A stretch of 64,000 nucleotides of DNA, from NCBI RefSeq assembly GCF_006345805.1, contig NC_043008.1, positions 78,616,001 to 78,680,000 of the forward strand, written 5' to 3'. Both the position numbers and the translations under genes were made by a program. This DNA is from Octopus sinensis (taxonomy: Eukaryota). The notes below the pieces were generated by a model that saw nothing but the letters and a program-made list of their open reading frames with translations, did no database searches and was not told the DNA's origin. The stretch's first letter is position 1. Each line of letters opens with the position of its first letter. Shown here one piece after another: positions 26,462 through 39,519 of this stretch.

Positions 26462-27080
26462 TGGATATAGAATGTCACCAACAGTAAACAACATGAAGCA
26501 CATAAACAAGCGATTTAAATATGCAAGCAATGAGAAAAAATGGAAAACAGGACAAGTAACACAAAGAACGACCCTTCATCAGTTGGCGGTTGTCTATCTA
26601 CTCCTCATTTTGAGCATTCAATGACAATATGAGTTATCGAAGACAGTTGCTCCCATAACTTCCAAAATGAAATTTTAGATTTTACAGCAGACCAAACTTG
26701 GGAACAAAAACAGGACAGTGGAGACATACAAGGAAACCGAACAAAAACAAACATGCAGGGTCGTTAGACCTGAATGAGGGTAAAATAGTGAACGCTGAGA
26801 GAAATATTTTTTTTGGAAAGAGAAAAGATAGAAGAAAGAGATATAAAACGTCCTGTCTTTCGTACGTCTGTGCAGGAAAAGAAAGATGGATGCTGGTCAT
26901 GTGTGAGCAACAAGAGAGAGGAAAAGAGAAAGAGGGGAGGGGGAGAGAGACAGCTAGAAAATGGTGATGGAGGGAGGGGAGAAAAAGGGAATTAGAGAAG
27001 GATGGGTAAGAAAACAGTACAGAGTAGAGTTGCATCAAAAAGGTTAAGATAAACTAATTTGGAAATGGATGCCTGGTGTT
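26460..27080 (-). mobile_element. Unclassified non-autonomous repeat (relatives at ~12320-12470 and ~28800-29360)
   Basis: Shared aaaaatggaaaacaggacaagtaacac..gacccttcatcagttggc..tctatctactcc block; the copy at ~28900-29360 is inverted relative to this one. Confidence 0.6.
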
Positions 27081-27091
27081 CACTTGAATAA

Positions 27092-27144
<53 letters not shown>

Positions 27145-27146
<2 letters not shown>

Positions 27147-28743
27147 ATAAAACGGTAAGATAACAAAAGAAAGAAAGAGACCTCAATATTATGTAAATAG
27201 AGGAAATTTATCTATACAATATGTTACATTACTCGGTAGTCAAGATAAAACTCTGAGTTTCAGATGCCGAAGTGGAAATCCACAACACCATCTCTTCGGT
27301 TATCTGGCTATTTGAAAACGTTATGAAAAAATACCGTTAAAAATGAAGGGAAATTACTCTGTTATAACTCTGCTTTGCCTGTGTACTTATACATCGCTCG
27401 CATTTTTCGTCATAAAAATTATATAAAAATACATAAAAAAAAATACATAAAAAAAAAATAAAAATATATAAAAATATATAAAATCTTCTTGGGACATTAC
27501 ACAGAAAGCATGTTCTATCCGTTTTCTTTAGGGGACCAAAAACGTAACAGAAATTTAGTCACATGTGGGCATGATCCGAAAAGCTCTGTCCTTGTATTTA
27601 GACATGTGGTAGGGTCTAAGCTGCTTTTCCAGATAAGCCATCTCTCCATGTCGCATAAACCGCACCTTCCGCTGCCGTTGGTATAGGGCTTACATCTGGC
27701 CAAAATCTTCCATTGTATGTTATAATCGACACCTTTATCTCTTAAAGACCAAATATGATTAGATAATTGTGTCGCTTTTCTTTTGTTCCAGTGCCTAAAG
27801 CTCAAAGTGTGGTTATTGAACCTGGCCTTGAAATTACCCTCTGTCAGGCCCACGTATTTCTTCGTCGAAACGGTGTCTTTAGTGGTTATAGAGTTTACGG
27901 TAGCTTCATATATGATGGTCTTGGACATGCAAGCTCCATTTAGCGGGCACAATTCTTTATTCCTGCATGAACAGCTGTTTTCTTCTTGTGTTTTTTGTAT
28001 GTTATGATTGATTATGTTTTTAAAATTGGTAGTTGAACTAAAACTAATTTTTAAATTGTGTCTATTAAAGAGTTTCCTATAAGCATGGTTAACTGGAAAA
28101 TGTCTATCTATCAGTGCTAGGAAATATTTACCTATATTGAAGGCCACCTCGGGTGAGTAAGGGCGGCGTAAACCAAAGAAAAGCGACACAATTATCCAAT
28201 CATATTTGGTCTTTAAGAGATAAAGGTGTCGATTATAACATACAATGGAAGATTTTGGCCAGATGTAAGCCCTATACCAACGGCAGCGGAAGGTGCGGTT
28301 TATGCGACATGGAGAGATGGCTTATCTGGAAAAGCAGCTTAGACCCTACCACATGTCTAAATACAAGGACAGAGCTTTTCGGATCATGCCCACATGTGAC
28401 TAAATTTCTGTTACGTTTTTGGTCCCCTAAAGAAAACGGATAGAACATGCTTTCTGTGTAATGTCCCAAGAAGATTTTATATATTTTTATATATTTTTAT
28501 ATATTTTTATGTATTTTTTTTTAATGTATTTTTATATAATTTTTATGACGAAAAATGCGAGCGATGTATAAGTACACAGGCAAAGCAGAGTTATAACAGA
28601 GTAATTTCCCTTCATTTTTAACGGTATTTTTTCATAACGTTTTCAAATAGCCAGATAACCAAAGAGATGGTGTTGTGGATTTCCACTTCGGCATCTGAAA
28701 CTCAGAGTTTTATCTTGACTACCGAGTAATGTAACATATTGTT

Positions 28744-28745
<2 letters not shown>
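27145..28745 (-). mobile_element. Penelope-like element 2 (GIY-YIG end), 5'-truncated, with ~570-bp inverted 3' end
   Basis: ORF 27515-28189: NIGKYF..LFNRHNLKISFS..CPLNGAC..IIYEATV..YVGLTEGNFKARFNNH..CGLCDME. ~28175-28745 is the reverse complement of ~27211-27785. HHR variants at 27243-27305 (-) and 28653-28715 (+). Confidence 0.92.
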
Positions 28746-28783
<38 letters not shown>

Positions 28784-29420
28784 AATATATATATACATGT
28801 ATATATGGGTACAAGACGTCACCAACTATACTGCTTTCTCCTCCATCCTTTTTCCCCCTTCACCGTTTTGTATCTGTCTCTCTCTTTCTCTCTTTCTCTT
28901 TTTCTCTCTCTCTCGTTGCTCACACATGACCATCATCCATCTTTCTTTTCTACATGTGACTATCTTTTCCTGCACAGACATTCTAAGGACTGGATGTCTT
29001 CTATCTTTTCTCTTTTCAAAGAAAACATTTCTCTCAGCGTTCACTATTTCTCCTTGTTCTGGTCTAATGACCCTTCATGTTTATTTTCGTTCGGTTTCTT
29101 TGTATGTCTCCATTGTCCTGTTTTTGTACCCAACTTTCATCCTCCATAAAATCCAAACTTTTATTTTGGCATTTATGGGAGCAACTGTCTTCAAAAACTT
29201 ATATTGTCATTGAATGCTCGAAATGAGGAGTAGATAGACAGCTGCCAACTGATGAAGGGTCGTTCTTTGTGTTACTTGTCCTGTTTTCCTTTTTTTTCTC
29301 ATTGTTTGCATATTTAATTAATTTGTTTTCATACTTGCAGTTGGTAACGTCCTGTACCAATATATATTTATTATTTATATTATTATTTAATTGAATGCTA
29401 CACATTTCCAAGTAAGTATA

Positions 29421-29467
<47 letters not shown>

Positions 29468-29469
29468 TG

Positions 29470-29504
<35 letters not shown>

Positions 29505-29527
29505 ATACATATATATATACATATATG

Positions 29528-29560
<33 letters not shown>

Positions 29561-29689
29561 TGATATATATATATATAGATTACATATATGATATTATATA
29601 TATATATATGCATATATGATATATATATATATATAGATATATATATATATATATATATATATAGATATATATATATATACATATATGAT

Positions 29690-29732
<43 letters not shown>

Positions 29733-29916
29733 TATAATATATATATAATATATATATATATTGAATTAGATAAAAACCACTATTATGTAATTCAAACAAT
29801 GATAGACATAAATCATACCATATAGAAAAAATAAAATATAGGATAAATAATTTATCTAGATCACAAAAGTACATAATAATAAATAAACATTAGGAAAATA
29901 ATAATAATAATAAATA

Positions 29917-30415
29917 GGCATTAGGAAGGGCATCCAGCTGTAGAAACACTACCAAATCAGATTGGGGCCTGATGCAGCCTCCTGGCTTCCTAAACCCCAG
30001 TCGAGCTATCCAACCCATGCCAGCATGGAAAATGGATATTAAACGATGATAATGATGATGATGATGATGATGATACATATATATATATAAATATATCAGC
30101 ATCATCATCGTTGTTTAATATCCACTTTCTATGCTGGCATGGGTTGGACGGTTTGACTGAGGACTGGCGAGCTAGATGGCAGCACCAGGCTCCAATCTGA
30201 TCTGGCAGAGTTTCTACACCTGGATGCCCTTCATAAAGCCAACCACTCCAAGAGTGTACGGGTGCTTTCATGTACCACTGACATGAGGGCCAGTCAGACG
30301 GTTTTGGCAATGGCCATGTTCAAATGGTGTTTTTTATCTGCCACCTGCACATGGGCCAGTCCAGCAGCACTTGGCAATGACCTCGCGCAAATGTTGTTTT
30401 CCACGTGCCAGTAAG
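29917..30415. mobile_element. Two RTE 3'-end fragments, tail to tail
   Basis: ggcattaggaagggcatccagctgtagaaac...aaacgatgat(gat)n on plus and its reverse on minus; the same tail as the LINE at 61190-61330. Confidence 0.75.
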
Positions 30416-30427
30416 GCATGTACATAT

Positions 30428-30469
<42 letters not shown>

Positions 30470-31264
30470 ACACATATATAAATACATATATGCATACGTT
30501 TATAGATATATATATATATACATATATATGTATACATATATATATATACACACATATATACACACACACACATATATATATATGTATATATACGTGTATA
30601 TGTATGTATATGTATGTATGTGTGTATATATATATATATAGATGTACATACATAGATGTACATATATGTTTATATATATGCATACATAGATGTGTATGTA
30701 TAATATATATATATATACATAGTTCTACATATGTATATATACATACAAAGTTGTACATATATATAAGCATATATACATATATAAACATAGATGATATATA
30801 TACATAGATGTATATATAAATTATACATACAGTGAACATTTAAACACATAAGAGATGGCCATAATCGGACATCTAAACTGCTAGTAGTTAAAATCTCAAA
30901 CCACAATTAGGGGTAATTTCGAAAGGGAATGAAAAATAAAAACATTTACCATTTATTAGATGTGTCTATACACACACAAACACACACGCACGCACACACA
31001 CACACATATATATATACATATACATATTACACATATACATAGATGTATGTATATATATATAGATGTGTGTGTATATATATATCGATGTATATATAATGCG
31101 TATATAGATGTGTGTATGTATATCTATACATATATACACATACACCTACGTTTATATACATCTATCTATCAATATATTCATTTATATATATATATATATA
31201 GGAAAGGAAAAAATAATAATAATAATAGAGCAGAATGCCAAATTGCAAGCAAATTTTAATATAA

Positions 31265-31850
31265 ATGGGTGTAAGAAAGATTAAAAAGGATTTCAAAACG
31301 GCTTTCATTGCATGCCCCTGCCTACTTGAAGGTTCTGAATTTACTTTCAAACAAGGAATAAAGTTTAAAATCAAGACCAACTTCTTTCGTTCCTCCAAGA
31401 ACGTCCTTACATGCATAGGTTGCCAACACAATTATATCAGACGGACGAGCCTTCATTTACGCAGAAGAGAAAGAGTGAAAAACCTCATAAAAAATTATTT
31501 TCGAATTTTTTTCTTATGAGGTTTTTCACGCTAACTACCTGATAATTTCTTGTTAAGATTCCTTATCAAGATTTTATCCTTAATTGTTAAATTTATTCCG
31601 AAGAAAAACTTTTCCTACCGACATGCTGTTCGAAAGAGCCCGCCATTTACCGAATATATGATGAATAAACATTTCCATGTGCTTCGCCGAGGGGAGCAGA
31701 TGTCTGTTTGGCTTCGCTAGGTATGTTGGTTGTTTATTTATGATGTGTTCAGAATCTGTTCTACTGAAGAACAAAAGACGTATTTTGATACGTTAATTGT
31801 GAAATCACAGGTGATATAGAACTAAATTCAGTTTTTTAAACGTCTTGCTT
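31265..31850 (+). mobile_element. Decayed PLE fragment with intact HHR at 31758-31822
   Basis: CPCLLEGSEFTFKQGIKFKIKTNF..CIGCQHNYI resembles PLE-3. HHR reads gttcta-CTGAAGA-acaa...ttgt-GAAATCACAGGTGATA-tagaac. Confidence 0.7.
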
Positions 31851-32034
31851 TGGGAACTGCATTAGGTATGATTAGTTAAATTTTGGTAGTAATGACTTAT
31901 GTCCCTCTTAGCGTGAAGCATTTATGTGTAATAATGCCCTCTATACAATATATATATATACATATATATATACATATATACATATGCATATATATATATA
32001 CATATATATTTAAATATATATACATATATATATA

Positions 32035-32066
<32 letters not shown>

Positions 32067-32164
32067 CATATGCATATATATTCATATTTATATATACATA
32101 TATATGCATGTATATATATTCATATATATACATATATACAAATATAAATACATACAAATATATA

Positions 32165-32400
32165 TATACAAAAGAATGAAAGAGACCTCGATATTATGTA
32201 AACAGAAGAATTTATCTGTAAATATAATATGTGACAATTATTCGGTAGCCATGATAAAACTTTGAGTCTCGGATGTTGGGGCGGAAACCTATGCCGGCAT
32301 CTCTTCAGTTATCAGGCCATCGAAAAAAATGCTAAGAAAATGACCGTTAAACAAATGGAAATTACTGTGTGATTGACCATTATTAAGACAAAAGCGCTAT
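32165..32400 (-). mobile_element. Older relative of the PLE-2 3' terminus
   Basis: aaagagacctc.atattatgtaaa...tcggtag...gataaaact.tgagt matches 27170-27370. Confidence 0.65.
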
Positions 32401-32599
32401 TAGAATGACCGCTTAGTAAGGGGAGGTAGTAAGGGAAGGGAGTAAAAATGTTCATAGGAATCGCGTAAGCGCACATGTCCATACATACACTTGCGCGTCT
32501 GCACAACCACGTACATGTGCCTATATGTATATACTCATCCACCTTTACTTGAAACACACACACATGCTCATCCACACATTTGCTAAAAAGAATACACTT

Positions 32600-33468
32600 C
32601 TTGTAGTTCCATGTAACGTCCTATTGCCTCCTTTGCACATAAAGCTTGGACTGATGAAACAGTTTATAAAAGACACTAGGGAAGAGAAATACCAGAAGTT
32701 TTGAGTATACTGTAGAAAAATTTCCCAAAATCACACAGACAAAGTTGAAAGAGGGTATCTTTGTTGGAACCCAAATTAGAGAAGTACTCAAAGATGTCGA
32801 CTTCAAGACAACACCGGGTGAACTGAAGCTGCCTGCCTGAAATGCTTTCAATTGGACCTGTGAGAATTTCTTGGGCAACAAGAAGGCAATGGACTACAAA
32901 GCTGGCATCAAAAATCTCCTGAAATGTTATTCAGCAATGGGTTGTCAAATGTCACTGACAGTTCACTTCTTGGGCTCCCATCTGGATTTCTTCGCAGACA
33001 AACTTGGAGCAGTATCTGATAAACATGGTGAAAGATTTCACCAGGACATTAGTGCTATGGAGAAACAGTACCAAGGCTTCTAGAGTGACAGCATGCTGGC
33101 TAAACTACTACTGGACACTTTACCGTGATCAACCAGATCAGGAACACCGCAGGAAATCCAAGTCACAATGTTTCTTACGCTGTTGTTCTAACTTTGTTTT
33201 GTCTGACCCATTTTTTATGTATTTATTCTATGTAGAATAATAGTGAAGATTTTAATTCAATAAACTCATTCTACAAATATTATGTCCTTATTTATTACAT
33301 TAATGATTTCTTATATACAAAAATATAAATATTTGCATGTATCTACTGAAAAACTGATACGTGCTGCATACAAATGGAGTGAAATTTTGAAATCAGCATG
33401 AAAATTAGTCTAGAAAAGTTAGTTTGCAATCATAATGAGTACAATACATTTAGTTTTGTTGACCAGTG
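32600..33468 (+). mobile_element. Chapaev3-like (CMC) DNA transposon, 3' part
   Basis: KLKEGIFVGTQIR, FLGNKK, MSLTVHFLGSHLDFF..LGAVSDKHGERFHQDI..MEKQYQG; terminus ...gttgaccagtg (CAC/GTG type). Confidence 0.75.
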
Positions 33469-34272
33469 GGATCTTTTTCTTTTGAACGGTACTTTGTAAC
33501 ATAATTTCTAGGTAACTAAAAAGTTTTAAACTTCGTATACTGGTAGAATGTGTTTATAAAACATCATTTTTTCTTGGCTTTATTGAGAAAATTCTATGTT
33601 GCAAAATACTTTGTCTTTAATTTCGAACATTTCGGCAATTTTAACCAATCGCTGACGTCCATTTAGGTAAATAACATTGTGCATAATGAATATGTCCCTC
33701 CTTTAAGAAACCCATTGGGTTTATTTACATTTGTGAAGAAAAAAGATACCCTTCCCCCACCCTAACCCTAACTAACCCTAAATCTAAAATAGATTGAAAT
33801 GCAATAGATCGATAGTAGGGTTATAATTATGGGTGACGCTACAGAAAATGGGATTTTTTCTAGCGGTGTCAAATGAAAATGTCACCCATAATTATGGCCC
33901 TAGTATCGATCTATTGCATTTCAATCTATTTTAGATTTAAGGTTAGAGTTAGGGTTAGTTAGGGTTAGGGTTAGGGGTTGGGGAAGGGTATCTTTTTTTC
34001 TTCACAAATGTAAATAAACCCAATCTGTTTCTTAAAGGAGGGACATATTCATTATGCACAGAATGTCATTTACCTAAATGGACGTCAGAGATTGATTAAA
34101 ATTGCCGAAATGCTCGAAATTAAAGACGAAATATCTTACAACCTATAGAATTTTCTCAATAAAGCTAAGAGAATATGATGTTTTATAAACACATTCTACC
34201 AGTATACGAGTTTAAAACTTTTTAGTTACCTAGAAATTATGTTACAAAGTGCCGTTCAAAAGGAAAAGATCC
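33469..34272. mobile_element. Fold-back MITE, ~370-bp TIRs, probable 8-bp TSD, internal TTAGGG repeats
   Basis: Termini ggatctttt...aaaagatcc; flanks gaccagtg and aaccagtg; (CCCTAA)-like at ~33760-33781 and (TTAGGG)-like at ~33943-33977. Confidence 0.85.
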
Positions 34273-34280
34273 AACCAGTG

Positions 34281-35743
34281 TAATTAAACAATTATCAGTG
34301 TACCCTTTACATGGTGTCTTGCACGAGTACATCCTATGCGCCATTAAACGAGAATGCATTTTTCGTGGGTAGACAATTTGGCATCTACTTTCTGCATGTA
34401 AGGAAACCACTTTTTGGCTTTCCTCTTATATTTGAATATAATTTGCAGTCCTTGAACGTTTTTACGCATGCTGACCACTAGTATAAATAGTTATTTTTTT
34501 AAATAATAATTTTTACCCTTAGTACTTATTTTTTAAATATTTTAGTTCTTGAGTTGGGTAAGCCACTGCTGAATTTTATTCACTACTTATTTATTCTGGC
34601 TTGGCACGGTGGTTGAAAACATTTGAATTGAACACATGATGTATAATGGTAGAAATTTATATGCACGTGTGTCATTTCACAGAAAGGTTATATATTCGAG
34701 TTCTATTATGTGTTCCCAGTGGATTCCACTGAAGATCCACAGATAATTGTTTAATTATTGATGGTGAAACTTCGAAGTATGGAATTGACTGGACCTTTTA
34801 AAACTTTTCATAGTCTCTTGCACGAGTACATCCAACTCGCCGTTAAATGAGAATGTATTTTTCATGGGTAGACGATTTGGCATCTACTTTCTGCATGTAA
34901 GGAATTCACTTAGTTGCTTTCCTCTTATATTTGAATATAATTTGCAGTCCTTGGACGTTTTTTTATGCATGCTGGCTACTGATATAAATTGTTATTTTTT
35001 AATAATTTTTACCCTTAGTAATTATATGTAAATACATATATATAAGTACCACACAGCATTATCTACACACCCACATATAATCTTCAGCAGCGTCATCACA
35101 CATACCACTATATGAGCAGCCACACACTGTTTAACATAGTACACACACTACACACCATCATGCTCACACACACACCCACATAAGCACATAATACCTGAAC
35201 AAAGACAATATAAACTCTCTCACCCACACAAGCACATAATTCCTGAACGCAGGCTATATATACATACACAGGCAACACACATTAACATATGCAACATACA
35301 TAGACAAAAATAACTTTCGCCCACATACATACACTATAGACATGCACACTCTTTGGTCACAGATTCACACACTCACACACCACATGAAAAAGCATACATC
35401 AACTGCTACACGCAACACACACGTTACACACTCACACATGTTGGAGTCACTCAGCTTACATATTTGTATTTACATATAATTACTAAGGGTAAAAATAACA
35501 ATTTATATCAGTGGCCAGCATGCATAAAAAAACGTCCAAGGACTGCAAATTATATTCAAATATAAGAGGAAAGCCACTAAGTGATTTCCTTACATGCAGG
35601 AAGTAGATGGCAAATTGTCTACCCACGAAAAATGCATTCTCATTTAACGGCGTGTTGGATGTATTCATGCAAGAGACTATGAAAAGATATAAAAGGCCTA
35701 GTCAATTCCATACTTCGAAGTTTCACCATTAATAATTAAACAA
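34281..35743 (+). mobile_element. Retrozyme-like ~500-nt unit with partial tandem repeat and an inverted partner
   Basis: ~34317-34525 is repeated at ~34816-35020; ~35460-35743 is the reverse complement of ~34746-35035. Confidence 0.7.
34723..34785 (+). ncRNA. Type I hammerhead ribozyme, intact core
   Basis: attcca-CTGAAGA-tcca...tggt-GAAACTTCGAAGTA-tggaat. Perfect palindromic stem III ACTTCGAAGT, GUA site. Confidence 0.85.
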
Positions 35744-36069
35744 TACACACACACACACCCTCTCTTGCTGGGATCACTAGCACTACTATTATCGCTCTTT
35801 CATTCAATCTGTTTGTTTATTATCATCTCCCTTTCTTTCAACCTCTTTTTTTCCAATCTTTCTCCATGTTTGACTGCTGAACTCCACACATTTTTTTTTC
35901 CATTCTCTCTGATTATCTTCTCTTATTCCTTTCTGTTGAAGAGTGTAGGCTCAAAATGTAAAAGACTATTTCATTTTTCCTAAACTTCAAACTAATACAT
36001 TTACTTTTGTTCATACACCCATTTTCGACTTTTGTTTTTCTATAAATTTCAACTATATATATATATATA

Positions 36070-37130
36070 TATTGGGTCATCCTATAAATAATGCGTTTTT
36101 TTTTACTTCTTTTATTATTCAAAATTAAAGTTCTTTTTTAATCTAAAATATACTTTCCTTCATTTTCTACAATGCTCTTGCAACTATCTCATAGACATGC
36201 AAGGCAGGCCCCTCTTCCAAAATTCACTTGTCCATGGTGAAAAATACTCCCCCAGTACTGGTCTACAGAATTCATATTTTTTCCGTCCAAATGATTTTGA
36301 AGACTGTGGAATAAATGATAATCAGATGGACCAATGTCCGCCGAATATGTTGGGTGGGGTATCGTTTCCCATACAAACTGCTCCAGCCTTTGGAATGTCA
36401 TCCTCGCTGTATATAGCCGAGTATTATCCCAATGGAAGAACAACTTTCATCTTGAAACCAAAGATGGCCGTTTTTCTTCTAGCGCTGACTTAAGTCGATG
36501 AAGCTGCTCATTGTTATCATTTGGCTTGGGTTTAAAAATTTTAAGTGGACTAAACCTTTCATATCCCACCAAACAGATAACAACACCTTATGTGGGTGAA
36601 GACCTTCTTTAGCCTGGGGCACCAGTGTTTCTACCCACTGTCTTTGACACTTGACATTTTTATAGAGAACCTATTTCTCATCACCAATCACTCTTCAGTC
36701 CAAAAAAGGTTCATTCATGAGGCATGACAGCAAAGAAGAGCACACATTCACTCTCTGCACGTGATTGGACTTGGAAAGTTTGTGAGGCATTGCACATGCA
36801 TCCATGTGCTGCTATCTGTTGGCATGCTACAGAACTAGTCCAGGAACTTTTTGAAATATATAGAATTAAAGGAAAGACTTTAAATGGATCAGTATGAATA
36901 GAAATAGAGTGAAAGTAGTGATGCTGATTAAGAGTATCAGCAATAAAGCTGAGAAACAACTGAGTATAAACATACTTATACACAACCAGACGACTTTAAC
37001 ATATGTAATATAGTAAAGTGAAAACCTTTGATTAAATGAGATTACCCATGTAATTAGAAAATAGAATTTCCTTTTGGAGGCATTGTGAATCTAAAAACAG
37101 TAACAAGAAAATAAACAACCAGCTAATAAG
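36070..37130 (-). mobile_element. Decayed mariner (DD34D) transposon
   Basis: FLD*RVIGDEK*VLY, FFHWDNTRLYTA, PHPTYSADIGPSDYHLF (YSPDLAPSD-like). Confidence 0.8.
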
Positions 37131-38070
37131 ATTAAAACTTGTCTGTTACTAGTCGATTGGGTGCTGTTTTTAGATATAAAAAAACTTTGTTATGATTGAT
37201 AACTTCAGTTAAGTGATAACTTTTAATTTACAATAATTATATCTGTGGGACCTTGCCATATGCATATTTAATATGCAGAATACTCTCCTGAATATGCAGA
37301 ATACTCTCCTAATATGCAGTATACTCTCTGTCCTATTGTTTATATCATATTTCATTGACATTTATCATATCCACACCTGAATGTAATTATATAATACAAG
37401 AAACTGACCAAAGTTTTTCATTTCTTAATGATTGATTCAAATAGACTCTATCAATATCATATATACAATGTTTTCTGGTAAACATCAATAATAAATGTTT
37501 TGTACCATTTTACAGAGGGGCTTAATGAAATACAACATTTAGATTCCACATTTAGAAAGAAGCAATTCATAAGTTAGAGCTTATGCCTCTGCTATTTAAA
37601 CTGCTTTTCCAAAGTAATTGTTCAAGTTTACTCCAAATCAGTACTTCACTAACACTTACAACTACTGAATAAAGTATTTTTACCTCCTAGAGTTAGAATT
37701 TCATTTCTTTTATATCAACGATGCCTCTTAAAAGAAGAATCATTCATAGAAGATTATCCAAGAAGTCTCTTCCTTAAAAACTTCATATTCCATTACATTG
37801 CAACAAATGAGGATTTTGTTTTCTACAATAGTTTGATAGAATAGTAGTTTCCATTACATCACATTTATATATTCTGTTTAACAATTATCTCAAGTTATAA
37901 CATCCCCCTTTTTAGCATTATGTGCAAAACAATGTTCTGTTCATTAATTGAGAAAGGCTATTCTCAGCTTAGTTTATTGCTGGGTTTAGAAAGACTGTAT
38001 TATAGCATATATTCTTGAATATAATATCAACCCTTGTATAACATACACTCATAGTAGTACTTCTACTTAC

Positions 38071-38240
38071 TCTTAATGTTTCTATAGTTTTCATTAGATT
38101 TTCATTGGTAAATGTTATCAAAGTAATAAAATTAAGTATGTTTTGGTAAGAAGTTAGATATTCCCACCAATGTTTATCAACAACCTGTGGCGCTGCGCGA
38201 TAGTGTTCTGAATAAGGAAGCCCTTGATAGAAATCAATAC
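38071..38240 (-). CDS. Beta-lactamase-family serine hydrolase, internal exon
   Basis: ttctttgtag acceptor and gtaagt donor; 170 nt, phase 1/0. Reads (G)IDFYQGLPYSEHYRAAPQVVDKHWWEYLTSYQNILNFITLITFTNENLMKTIETLR. Confidence 0.88.
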
Positions 38241-38454
38241 CTACAAAGAAGTAGAAATATAAATATAGTTAGTATTACAGCTGGGAATTGTAAAGAAATA
38301 GAATGACAGAAGCTTAACTAAGAATTCACTTGTGTCACTGTAAGTTAAAATAGATCATTTGAAAGAAGAATCTAGGAAGTGATAAATCGTAATATTTTTA
38401 CCCCAGTAAAAGGAACAGAAATGGAATGAGAGAAGGAAATAATTGGTGAGTGAA

Positions 38455-39465
38455 CGCTTTTGCAGTTTGGTCAAGATGTTTTTCTTGCAGTCTAGAGATT
38501 AGAACTTCAGCTGTATTCTTGGAAAGACCCAAATCACACACTAAATCATTCAGTTTTGTTTGGTTAAACTGTTGAGGAGTTGATTTTTCAGTATCATAAT
38601 TAAACAATACACACACACACACCCTCTCTTGCTGGGATCACTAGCACTACTATTATCGCTCTTTCATTCAATCTGTTTGTTTATTATCATCTCCCTTTCT
38701 TTCAACCTCTTTTTTTCCAATCTTTCTCCATGTTTGACTGCTGAACTCCACACATTTTGGAATTCTGAAGTAATTTCTTCATTATCGTTCTCATACTCTT
38801 GTTCACTAGCTTTGTCTTTGGAAGAAACAAACCCAAGGAAAACTGGAATCATGAGTGTCACACAGTGCATAATAGGTCTAATTGCTGAAGGAATATTGGG
38901 ATAGATATTTTACACCTATTTTTTTGCCTTCTTTGTTGACCATACAAAAATAGCGGTCACTTGTGTGGTCCCTCAGCTCTTGTCAAACCATAGAAACTCC
39001 AAACAGCAGGCCCTTTCATTTTCATTTTGTCCAGCCATGAAGCATTTCATCACAGTTATGACACATGAGGGGCCCATTTTTTGTCTTGGTCACCTAGGGG
39101 AATTCCAAAATAGGCTTCATAAGCCCATCTCACAAACAATGTGATATTGTTCTTTTGACAAATAAGCGTGAAGGAACCACAGACATAGCAGAAGCCATCA
39201 AGGTTATTCACACATCTATGTCAACTTGAAGAAGCCATGATCAGAGCTGAAAAAACACAATTGTCAATTTTTTGTAAGAATGATATATGTATCTCTCTAT
39301 GTCAAATTTAACAATAAATATATAAAAAGTTAATCTTCAAATTGCAAGAAAACTAGAGCACAGAGAGCAAAACTGATTACAGATTTGAAATTAGCACAAA
39401 AAAGACAGAATCAGTAAAAAAAATCTCATACAACAGAAATTTTTTTTTAAATTGTTGTCCAATGT
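38455..39465 (-). mobile_element. Chapaev3-like transposon, 5' part, decayed
   Basis: CVNNLDGFCYVCG, YFGIPLGDQDKKWAPHVC, YPNIPSAIRP, FNQTKLNDLVCDLGLSK; terminus cattggacaacaa. Confidence 0.75.
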
Positions 39466-39519
39466 TATTTTTAAAACTGTTACTTGTTTTTTTAAACAAT
39501 GGTGGCTCAGTAAGCAGTA

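Noticed and set aside
29245-29350. HHR at gccaaCTGATGAagggtc (also ~12440 and ~26575)
   Set aside because: No GAAA/stem III/NUH could be placed downstream.
33760-33977. Chromosome end or telomere fusion site
   Set aside because: The repeats are short and sit symmetrically inside a TIR element with a TSD.
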